Of a stretch of DNA of 64,000 bases, positions 50,436 through 61,010 are shown piece by piece. The stretch is taken from NCBI GenBank assembly GCA_038087875.1, contig CM075985.1:24552001-24616000 (forward strand). The letters run 5' to 3'. This stretch comes from Malacoraja senta. Its lineage: Eukaryota. A program made the position numbers and the translations under genes. Numbering within the stretch: the first letter of the stretch is position 1; the number at the start of each line of letters is the position of its first letter. Below the pieces are notes generated by a model. The model had not been told where the DNA came from and made no database searches. It worked only from the letters and a program-made list of their open reading frames with translations.

Positions 50436-51723
50436 CTGAAATTTAAAACAGAGAAAGCATAATTTTATATAGTTATATATATATGAGAAGTTCAAAATAC
50501 ACATTAGGATTTTAACATTGAAATACAAAACATTAAACGGACACAAAGGATAAATGGTCTCCTCCACCCAGTGTTGGCTTTTGGCCCTGCAGAGAAGAAC
50601 CTTACATCGCAGTTATACCTCACCTTCTAGCATCTGTAAGTTTAGGAGATCTTAGTTTTATCTGAAAGAACTTTCTTTGAATTTCCATGGATAATTATAA
50701 GAAGTCTCTAAATGTACCAACATACCAAGATTTAGTACAATATATTTAATCAGATAAATGATGCAATGGGAAGACTAGGGGTGGAATCAAAAAGGATTGA
50801 ATGAATCGTTATTAAATCTATTTGCAAACTTCACCAATATAAAAATAAATAAATATTCTTGCATCCCACAAAATATTGTTCATAGTGGCTTTTATTAGCA
50901 TTTTCTTAGTTAGGTACTACCTAGGAGGCACTACTTTACGCTGGCACATTATCCAAGCATTTAGTATCCATCCATGTTCATCCACAACAAAACATGCCAG
51001 CAAGATATATAGCAGCAAAGGAGACATGGCACTGGCGTTTTTACAAATGTTTACAATTTTCACCAATGGTTCATTGGTTAAGAAAAGGGAGCAAGATACA
51101 ATACATTGCACCATTTTGCTACAAAATCTCTAATTTTAAAAGAAACATAATAAAAACAAAAACTTATCTGCTAGCTTCTGATTTAGCAATCAGAGTATTG
51201 CTTTATTTGGGGTAAAGTCTACTTGCGTGGACAAATATCGCTATGATTTCACTATTCTTCATTCTACAAGTTTATGCAAAAGTATTCATTGAAGTATCAG
51301 TCAAAACATCACAAGAGGCCATAGGTTCGAACATTTCACAAAGTTCAAGCAGACCATAATTTATTGATTTAAAAACAAAATCAGTAACAAAATAGCAATT
51401 GTTTTATTACTATGCAAGCAATTAAGTTATGCAACAATGCAATGTTTTCTGTTAAAATGGAAGACATTGAAAATTGTTTGATTCTTCCTTCAATTTGGAC
51501 ATAGCAATTTACAATCATTCTTACTATTACTTCAACTGAGAACAAATAACTGAGCACAGGTTATAACACAAAAGGTTGCTTTTGTCAATGGTCCAGGGAT
51601 GAATGTCAGCCTGGAATCCTGCTTGTTTTGTGTTTTAAAGCTATTTATATTGCCTGCATACAGATACAACCTGAAATGAAGATATTCATTATCAAGAGCA
51701 AAATGTTTTAACCCAAAACCCAC

Positions 51724-51844
51724 TTTTGCAAGCATTGCTGTTGCGTCCTTCAGCTGGTTTCCAAGGAACATCCTGGTGGAACTCTTGACACAGCTCACAG
51801 TTTAGACCTTTTGTGTTGTGCCGGCACACACATCGACCGTGTAC
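51724..51844 (-). CDS. lamb1: lamb1 exon ~9 (LE repeat), 121 nt
   Basis: tccag|[40 protein letters not shown]|gtgggt. Confidence 0.94.
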
Positions 51845-53183
51845 CTGGAAAACAATGCGTCAAAATAATTTCATTGCAAGTTCTCTACACCCAAGAAAAC
51901 TGGTCAATATTGGTCTGTTTAGCCTCGATTTCAACATTCATTATCATTTAGTATTTTTCCAAATTAAATAGGCACAAGAATAATTGGAGTGGTGACAGAC
52001 TTGAATTTTCTAGCAACTATCCAAGATTGTAAGTACAAACTACTTACTCCAATTACACCAAAAATTAAAATTTCTGAATTCCTGCGCATGCACTTAAGCT
52101 TCATTCTTCCTGGTACAAAATTACTTTCTCAATTAACTCAAAATACAAACAGAAATGGATAAGAATGTGTATATAATCAATAATGAAGTTGATTCGCAGG
52201 AGATCTTACAGATGAGGTTGCAATTTTGCCATTTTTATCCCTACACCAATTACTAGAGTGTATAACATCAGTTCTGACAAAGGGTCTCCAACCTGCAACA
52301 TTAACACAATTTCTCCTTCCACAGATGCTGCTTTATCTAGAAATGTTCTCTTTTTATTGAATACAATTTGTTTTCTACTGTAACAAAAGGGTAAGTGCTA
52401 AACAAAAAAAATGATGAGGGGTGGACAGGCAGGAAAATGCAATTTCTCAAATTGAAGGTTTCTCAAATTGAAGTTTTCCTCCAATTTCTCCAGTGTTGCC
52501 TTTCATTTTGAAATGATTCTCAAAAGAATAAAGATAGACGCAACTATTAAAGTAATACATCAGCATAGGATCACAGGAATCCCACTTTCAGTTAAAACAA
52601 ATTAATTATTGACCTCAGGCACAAAACAGCTGGGAAACTGGAATCAGAGGCACCAAGAGGGAAACAAGGAATTATTGCCTCAGTCATTCTTGCTTGCATC
52701 TTTCAGATAGTTCAGAATATTAATACAACACAACACAATTGCCATTCTTATCTTACAGCTGGGGTGCAACCCAGCAAACAGAAAAAGTAGAATTAAAAAA
52801 GTGTTAAGAAAATAACTGCTTGAGAATCAAGTATTTTCAGACTGCAATCTGACCACTGGAACAGGAAGCTGAAAGTCTACAACAGTCGCTGGGAATTTGT
52901 GAAGTCAAGTTTTGTCTTAAGACCTAAAACAGGAAATGGCAGAGCCAGGTCAGGGAAAGTTTTGTCTGGGTTCAATTAAGCTCCAAAGCAAACTTCATTG
53001 TGAGTCAGCCACATTTCAACTCACGACTGGAGAGAAAAAAAACTTTGTGACCACATAGTTTGTAGCCAGATTAAGTCCAATACTGCAAAGTACTTTTTGC
53101 TTTCATGTTTAACATGGGACAAAGGCATTGAAAGACACTGAACATTATTCTAGGCAAAACATCTTTTTAAATATAACACTTAC

Positions 53184-53389
53184 CTTCCCTTCTACATTCT
53201 GATTGTTAGATTCATGAACGGGAGCACACTCACTAGCATGTCCATAGCAGAAACAATTGCCCCGAACCACCATGTCATAGATGGCATAGTAATATTTTTC
53301 TTTGATTTCTACTCGCGAGTCCAGTAAATTGTCACCCAGAGTATGGAGTTTAGTAAACCTTATCCTCAGGTTTGTGATCTTCAGCATAT
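53184..53389 (-). CDS. lamb1: lamb1 exon ~8 (end of LN, start of first LE repeat), 206 nt
   Basis: tgaag|(N)[24 protein letters not shown]...[16 protein letters not shown]...VEGK|gtaagt. Confidence 0.95.
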
Positions 53390-54497
53390 CTTCAAAACAA
53401 AATACACAAGTGAATTAGAATTTGTTATAGTAATTCAGAAAATTAGGATATTTTTCCTCAAATGTAAAGTTTCCATTAATATTAATTGTCAATTCCACTA
53501 AAGTAGTAAAAACACTCAGCTTCATTTTTTTCAGCTAAAATGTTTCCCAAAAGATTTGAGAGAAGTTAATAAAAATAGCTGCTCATCGAATTAAATGACT
53601 ATTACAAAATGTAGGATTTTATTTTGCAAAGATACTCCAATTAAAGTTGCAACATTTCTTGAAATAGGATTTGAGTCAAAATACTTCACTGTCCTTAGAA
53701 TAAATTGAGAATACAAAATTAACAAAGTTTAGATCTACATCCATTTTACAAATAATCAACATTTCTAGATGTGTTTCATCTGCAAGAGTTCATTTACCCG
53801 AAAGAGGAACTTTAATATAGCCCCACTGCAATGACACGAGCCAACAGAAATACACATGCAGATAATGATGGGGAAACTGGTGCCATAATAAAAACATCAA
53901 CTCCTTGGAGGCAGGTGTAGATCTTTTATGCCAGTTTCCGAATGACCCCAAATGTTACTGTCCCTTGATCTCTTGTTCATTGGAAATTGTCAGAGTAAAT
54001 TTAAATGCAAATCTGGATGGTACCTTTGCCCATTGTTTTTAAAACGTATAATAACAACCTCAAATGTTATTAATATCAGTTAATAGAAAGATGTTTTAGT
54101 GGTAAAGGAAAATTCTGCCCCTCTCCCTCCTCCTTATTCCCCATTTCCCTTCAACCAACCAGAATGTGACTGTTATTTCATCAGGAGCGTAAGATTAACA
54201 GGCAAAATTGAACAAAGGCTGGAAGTTAAGATCTATTTAAAAATGTCTAAATTTTCCAATTCTCTGCCAAAAAATACATCCTGAAAAAGGAACACTCTAC
54301 ACTTATTAACGGCAAACAAGTTTTAGTCAACAGGAAGTATGCAGGCCACATGGGAAACTAGGTCTAACTCATATCCATTTGAGTAATTGCTACAGTGTCA
54401 ATACAAAAAAGAATCAGAAAAACAATGACAACGTATTAAGTGTTCCAGGCTAGTACTGGCAGCAAATAGAAATTATAAGCCCAAATATAACAATTAC

Positions 54498-54561
54498 TTT
54501 GTATTCTTCGGCTGTATGGATCTTCGATTTTAAACGCTGGGTCCAACACACGATAGATAAC
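54498..54561 (-). CDS. lamb1: lamb1 exon ~7 (LN domain), 64 nt
   Basis: tttag|VIYRVLDPAFKIEDPYSRRIQ|gtaatt. Confidence 0.93.
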
Positions 54562-54649
54562 CTAAAGGCAAGGAGGAAGGTTTTTTTTTACATAATAATA
54601 TAAAAGGCAACATGTGCAAGTCATATAAGTTTGCTTAATTCATAAGTAA

Positions 54650-55290
54650 CATCCATGGATGTCCTGGGCCCAGCATATTGGCGCAATCTAAGAAGAAAGC
54701 TCACCAAATGTCTCTATTTCCTCAGAAGTTTGAGGAGATTTGGCATGTGTCTAATACTCTGTTGAACTTCACCAGGTGTACAGTTGAGCGTGTACTGACT
54801 GATTGCATCATGGCCTGGTTCAGGAATTCTAACTCAAGAATGACAGAGGCTGCAGAAAGTGGTGGACATTGCCTGGTCCATCATGGGTACTGATCGCTCC
54901 ACCAAAGGAATCTAGAGGAAGCACTGCCTCAAGAAAGCAGCTAACATCAAAGACCCACACCAACCTGGCCATGTTCTCTTCTCACTGTTACCATTGGAAA
55001 GGCAGTACAGCAGGTTGAGAACCATTACCTCCTGGTTCAAGATCAGCTTCTTCCCATCATCATCCAGGTTTTGAACTAGCCTGCATAACCTTGATCACAA
55101 CCCTACCTCAGCTTGACTGAACCACTTCACTCTTTGCGCTACTACGGTTCTTTGGTTTTTGCACTATTATGATCTTGCTTACTTAAAATAAATGATAATT
55201 TATTGATATTTATTTTTGTAGTTGTTGCATCTAATGTAAAGCTGCAGCAAGCAATTCCATTCTGGTGTATGTGACAAAAGAAAACACTCG
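54650..55290 (+). mobile_element. Degenerate Rex1/Babar-like LINE 3' fragment
   Basis: NFTRCTVERVLTDCIMAWF remnant; aaagacccacaccaacctggcc; 3' UTR gctgcagcaag. Confidence 0.82.
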
Positions 55291-55381
55291 ACTTCTGACG
55301 TGACTTAAATTTATAAATTTATGAGTTCTTAGATTTGCACCAAGTTTTGAGCCAAGCAGAAATTAGGCATTTGTCACAAAC

Positions 55382-55570
55382 CTCTCCTTCTGTCGAAGGT
55401 TCAATATCAGAGTATCGAGAATCGCAGATGATGTCATCCACTTTTTTCAATGATCCTGTTGAAATGCCAGGAAAGGATGATTCACAGTCATAAGCGTAAT
55501 ACCGATACACCTGCCAGGTCTTTCCAGAATCTGAAGATCGTTCAATCACCATAGCAGCTGGACGAAATGT
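55382..55570 (-). CDS. lamb1: lamb1 exon ~6 (LN domain), 189 nt
   Basis: ctcag|[29 protein letters not shown]...DIEPSTEGE|gtttgt. Confidence 0.95.
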
Positions 55571-55739
55571 CTGAGCACAAAAGAAAGAATCTTTGACTTA
55601 GTGGTGAACAAGTAAGTTTTCACAACGTTTCGTTAGTCATATGCGTAAAAACAGAATCCATTCAAACAAGACCAAAACAAATGAAAAAACGATTGAAAGC
55701 AACCATTTCACCAGCATGTGTTTTATTTTTTGTGTATAT

Positions 55740-55968
55740 AGTGCCTGTCCCACTTGGGCGTCATTTGCGTGTCACGCAGATGGCGCGCGAAGATTTTGTA
55801 CATACCAAAATCCTGGGGCACCGCACATCACTGCCTACGTCACCACGCACCATACGCGCGTAATGCGCACCATGCTCGCATCACGTGTGCGGCACAACGC
55901 GCGCGTCATGACGCGTAAATGATGACGCGTAAATTACGCGCAAATGACACCCAAGTGGGACAGGCCCT
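55740..55968. mobile_element. PIF/Harbinger-type MITE (229 bp), TAT TSD
   Basis: TIRs of about 30 bp: agtgcctgtcccacttgggcgtcatttgcg / cgcaaatgacacccaagtgggacaggccct; tat at 55737-55739 and 55969-55971. Confidence 0.87.
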
Positions 55969-56952
55969 TATAGCTTCAGCAAATAGACCCGACTGGCTGA
56001 CTACTGTCAGACGTTCAAAGTGTATACGTCACAATGCTCCACAGCTTCACAAGGTGTAGTAGAGCCAGCTTACAATGTTACTCTGCTCATGACCAAGAGA
56101 TCACCCTCCTACAAAGTAGCTTGAGAATGGGAATTTTATTGTGTAAAAATGTGAAAATATGGGGCCATGTAGCTGCAACTTTGTCCAAAACCACTGACAC
56201 TCTCCTCTTAAGGAAACACTTCATTTTAGTATGTATGTCTGCAATTTCCACATCAATGTAGATGCCACCTAATAATTCTCTGAAATATCCAAGTGTGCAA
56301 GGTCAACTAAGGATAGGTATTAAATGGTGAACTTATTACTGCTTGCCACATCCAAAAGTTAATAATTTTGATAGATGTCACAGTAAAACCAAACAAAGTT
56401 GTTCATATTATGGTGTCATCGCATTATACTCATGTCATAATTATCACACAAATTACACCTGAACTCATAAAAACATTCCAGGTTCTGTACAGTGGCTCTT
56501 TATAAAACAGACTTCATTGGCAGAGGTCTTTCAAATACAGGAAGGCCTTTGCAGATGGGCAGGATGTACGACAAATTTTGCACATCATATTCGTAAATGT
56601 GCTAGTTTTATTAAAGCTAAAAAAAGTTTTCAACCTTCAATGGCAACTAAAGTGTCCTCAGGAAATGTGACTGAAAGCAAGTTCTAGAGCCTGATAAACC
56701 CACAATAAAATCACAAGCCCTATATACATATGTTTAAACATTTACGTGACCCGAAAAAGGGACAATAACCTGCACATAAAAAATTCACGAGTGATAATAA
56801 TATTTGGAAGCTCACATTTTCAAAGGTCAGTTACATAGCAAGCCTCACTTCCTGTAATAAAAAATAATTAATGAAAGGTCATTACAAAGTATCCCTTCAA
56901 TTACATCAAGATTGAGACTTCAAAACACTGAGTATTAACGTAATTTTTTTAC

Positions 56953-57026
56953 CTTGAAGGTCATGATGAGGTGGGTAAAATGGAATTCAGCCTCCAGATC
57001 CAACTGAAGAGAAACATTTTCAATGC
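56953..57026 (-). CDS. lamb1: lamb1 exon ~5 (LN domain), 74 nt
   Basis: tttag|(G)[24 protein letters not shown]|gtaaaa. Confidence 0.94.
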
Positions 57027-57449
57027 CTAAAAAAGTGAAAGAAAAATGTTAAATTGGATAAAATGGGTTTTAAAAAAAATAGAATAGTTTAAACAGATTC
57101 AATGCATGAAACTTGCATAGAGACACAACAGGAAATAAATTATATGGACAAAACATGAAAATAACACATATGGACCACATATCCCTGCTATATCTGGACT
57201 CCAAACAACCTCACGACATTTGTTGTTACATTCTAAAAAAAAAGCAATTGTGCATAATTTCTACTGCTAGAAGGGAAGCAAAGTATTGTAATGAAGAGCA
57301 GAGTCTAGAAGGAACACCATTTGTGAACGTGCAATTTCCCATACTTTTCTGACTTTAACAATCTATATCGCCAGATATTCTTGCAAGATGCCTAATGTGT
57401 GGAACTCGTTATTCTGTACAGAGCAGACAATACATCACACTTTAATTAG

Positions 57450-57545
57450 TACAGTAAACCCTTGTTATAACAGACCATGGGGCAGAAAGAATGGTGTCCG
57501 TTATTACCGCTTGTCCACTATAAGCGAGTAAGGGATTATTACCGA
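57450..57545 (+). mobile_element. Tigger-like transposon end (single TIR)
   Basis: ta|cagtaaacccttgttataacagac...gtgtccgttatta. Confidence 0.55.
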
Positions 57546-57809
57546 GTAATGGGTATCATTGCACAACTTGTAGAAACAAAGAACTGCCGAAGCTGATTAA
57601 TACACAAAAGGACCATCTGGGAATAAACCATTAACAGAACTGCATATAAATCAGTATTCTGGTTATCATGTCTTAGTAGTCCATGAGATCATTTAAATCA
57701 ACAAGTCATTACATTGATAGGCTTAAGTTAATGTAACCATGTTGAGCTTTCGAGATCACTTTGAAGTGAAAGCTTGTTAGTCTATCAGATTCTAAATACC
57801 TATACAAAA

Positions 57810-58135
57810 TGCACCCTGCTGGAGGTACTTAGCAAATCAGGCAACATCTCTGGAGGGTAGACACAAAATGTTGGAGTAACTCAGCAGGACAGGCAGCATC
57901 TCTGGAGAGAAGGAATGGGTGACGTTTCGGTTGAGACCCTTCTTAACAACTGTGGTGGGAATGGGCAGACTTCATTTTGGGTTGTGCCTCTTCTTCCATT
58001 CCAGTCTGAAGAAGGAACCCTGACCCAAAATGTCATCCAACCATTTCTCTCCACAAATACTGCCTGACCTGTCATGTTCCTCCAGCATTGTGTCTCTGGC
58101 TCAAGGTTCCAGTATCTGCTGTCTCCTATCTCCTG
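57810..58135. mobile_element. Nested, inverted Penelope-like tails just downstream of exon ~4
   Basis: Reverse copy ending gacgtttcggttgagacccttctt and forward copy cagtctgaagaaggaaccctgacccaaaatgtca. Confidence 0.75.
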
Positions 58136-58207
58136 AATCAGTTCTAATGTACAATCAGTTCTTAATGATCGATGGATGAATTCACTTCACACAGAAACTA
58201 CACATAC

Positions 58208-58337
58208 CATTTTCAGACTGCCACCAGGTATACAGTCGGTTGAGCGCAAAAGTTGTGACCACATTCTCAATTCTGTGACTGCTTGGATTTTCAGCAAAAG
58301 GAGTCTGGGATTCGCATGAAAAGCATTTCTTTTCTTC
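58208..58337 (-). CDS. lamb1: lamb1 exon ~4 (LN domain), 130 nt
   Basis: ttcag|[44 protein letters not shown]|gtatgt. Confidence 0.93.
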
Positions 58338-58639
58338 CTGAAAAATCAAATGTAAACTGTTATATATTTTCTATTTTTCTAATTCTGAGTGTAATCTGGA
58401 TCAGTGATGATGTGATGTTTTGTGACTGTTAATCTTGCATCTTACTCATTTCCACAAAACCTTTCCAACCACTTTTACAAAATAAAATGAAGGACTTTTG
58501 GAAATCATAGATTACTGCTTTAAGTAACTGGCTCGTGAGTTTGATTGTTTTTACTTGCAATAACATTAAAACTATCAAAAACAGGCAAACTAATATGACT
58601 CAGTAATACATCATGGGCTTCCTAATAAATTAGGTAGCA

Positions 58640-58860
58640 CAGGTGCTGTCTGCAAAATTTGCATGTTCTCCCTGCACGGTCACTTGGGTTTTCTCCGGAT
58701 GCTTCAGTTTCCTCCCAAATTCCAAAGACGTGCAGGTTTGTATGGTTAATTGACCTCTGTAAATTGCCACTTCTGTGAAGGATGCGAAAGTGGGATTGCA
58801 TACAACTAGTCTATGGGTGATCGAAGATCGGTATGGATTTGGTGAAGGGCTGTATCTATT
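58640..58860 (+). mobile_element. 5'-truncated V-SINE
   Basis: ggtgctgtctg..tttgcatgttctccctg..gggttttctccggatgcttcagtttcctccca. Confidence 0.78.
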
Positions 58861-60029
58861 ACAGCACAGGCCCAGTGTCAGCTGTCATAAGAGTCATACA
58901 GCACAGAAATATGCCGACCAAGATTCACCATCTACACTAGTCTCACATGCCTTCATGTTTCCCTTATCCTTCCAAACCTTTCCCATCTATGTACCTCTTC
59001 AAATTACTTTAAAATGTTATTGTACCTGCCTCAACTACCTCCACTGCCAACTCATGCCATTTACCCATCAGCCTCTGTATGTAAAAGTTGCCCCCAGGAT
59101 CCTATTAAATCTTTCCCCTCTCACTTTAAACCTACATCTCCTTGTTCTTCTATTCTTGGTAAAAGACTGTACATTTACCCTATCTATTCCCGTCATGATC
59201 TTATACAACATTATAACATCACCCCTCATGCTCCAGCACTCCAAATAATAAATTCCTACCCTGCCCAAACTCTCCCTATAGCCAAGGCCAGGGCTCAAAA
59301 TTAGCGGTTGCCCGGGTGCCAATGGCCACCTAAAATGCCACCGGGCAACCTAAATGGCGAGTCATTTTGCCCGGCTTGGCACTGCAGATACTGGTTTATA
59401 CCGAAGATAGATACAAAAAACTGGAGTAACTCAGCGGGTCAGGCAGCATCTCTGGAGAATAGGAACGTGACGATTCGTGTCGGCAGTGGCTGTAGTGGGG
59501 GGCAAAGATACTAGTTGTGGGGTGACGGAGGGTCGGAGCGAATGACGGGCCCCGCACAGCGGAAGCGACAGCGGCTCCACCTCCTCCTCCACCCTCACCC
59601 CACCTGCCCTGATAGCGGTCGCCGCTGCTTGCCAGCAAAGATCCCGAGCTCGCTATAGGATCTTTGCCGCCAACAGAGTTAACCGCTTTCAAAACAAACC
59701 CTCCCGCACGCTGAGGCCGGGAGGAGGGAGGGAGGAAGGAAGGGGGAGGCCCCCTTCCGCCGTCTGAAGCACCTGCACCGCTCGGCCCTGCACCTTCCTG
59801 TTGGCTGGCGGAGGAGGGGTGGCGGTGGCGAGGAGATCCCAACTGCCTCACCCTTTGGCGGCGGCACTTGGCAGTGGACAGGGACGGCTAAGGCAGTGGG
59901 GCGATGATGCCGGTGTTGTCCGAGGAGCGCTGACCTTCCTTCCTCCCCACCTCCTCTGCGCCTTCCCCTCTCTCTCTCTCTTGTACGCCCCCCTCCACCC
60001 CCCTTATCCTGGGTACCCCTCCTCTCAAT

Positions 60030-61010
60030 CCCACACTGATCCTCATTCCCGCCTCTATTCAGTCCTCACTGACATCCCCTGTACTCCCCTCCCCATCTAC
60101 CCGCCCCCCCCCCACTCCATCTATTCATCCTGCACTGATGACCCTATCCAGCTTACATTGATTCTCCTGCCACCCCCCAACCGTCCTACACTGGTCGCTC
60201 AATTCATCCTGTACTGACCCCCCTTCCCATTCATCCTGCACTGCACCCCGCATTCATCCTGCACTGACCCCCCCCCCTCAATTTATCCTGCACCGATCCC
60301 CCCATCCATCCTGTAGCGAACTCCCCATTCATCTTTTACTGATCCCCCCATTCATCCTGTACTGATCCCCTCATTCATCTTGCACTGATCTCCCGATCCA
60401 TCCTGTACTGACCCCGCCTCCATTTATTCTGCACCGATCCACCCCATCCATCCTGTAGTGATTTGCCCATTCATCGTTTACTGAACCCCCCATTCATCCT
60501 GTACTGATCCCATCATTCATCCTGTACTGATCCTTCCATTCACCCTGCACTGATCCCCCATCCATCCTGTAGTTATCCACCCATTCATTCTGTAGTGATG
60601 CCCCCATTCATCCTGCACAGGCCCTCCGATCCACACTGTACTGATCCCCCCCATTCATCCTGCGCTGATCCCCCCCATTCATCCTGCGCTGACCCCCGCC
60701 CCCCATCCATCCATTCAAGAATGGGGGGGATCAGTCTGAAGAAGGGTCTCAACCCGAAACGTTGCCTATTTCCTTCGCTCCATAGATGCTGCCTCATCCG
60801 TTGAGTTGCTCCAGCATTTTTGTCTACCCCCATCCATCCCGTACTGATCCCCCCATTCAACCCCACTGACATCCCCCGCGCTCTCCCCTCACAATTTTAC
60901 CTACTCCAACCAACACGCACTAATTCCGCTGCCTTAATCCATCCAATCTGCACTGATTGCCTTCTCAATCCCCCCTCCCCCCGCCATCTATCCATCCCGC
61001 ACTGATTCAA
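60030..61010. repeat. C-rich minisatellite, unit of about 22 bp (cccccattcatcctgtactgat)
   Basis: Dozens of degenerate tandem units; interrupted by a Penelope tail at 60731-60828. Confidence 0.9.
60731..60770 (+). ncRNA. Minimal type I hammerhead ribozyme motif in a Penelope-like tail (best-preserved copy)
   Basis: cagt-CTGAAGA-agggtctcaaccc-GAAA-cg-tt: both core boxes, a GGG/CCC helix II and a palindromic ACGT in place of helix III; activity untested. Confidence 0.6.

Larger units (their letters stand above)
3642..58337 (-). other. lamb1: Laminin subunit beta 1 gene span, partial (28 coding exons, about human exons 4-31); 5' and 3' exons lie outside the window
   Basis: 28 exons with AG acceptors and GT donors (one GC) join in phase to 4668 nt = 1556 codons. 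Peptides closely match vertebrate LAMB1 as recalled (e.g. [47 protein letters not shown]). Confidence 0.95.

Noticed and set aside
3642-58337. Assignment as lamb2 or lamb4
   Set aside because: Diagnostic peptides and exon sizes fit recalled LAMB1 much better. A phylogeny would make this formal.
59396-60217. GC-rich ORFs (151 and 138 aa) as a gene, or the block as the lamb1 promoter
   Set aside because: Low-complexity translations inside a transposon and minisatellite, located in intron ~3; the true first exons lie beyond the right edge.
60030-61010. CRISPR-like array
   Set aside because: Degenerate tandem units without unique spacers, in vertebrate intronic DNA.
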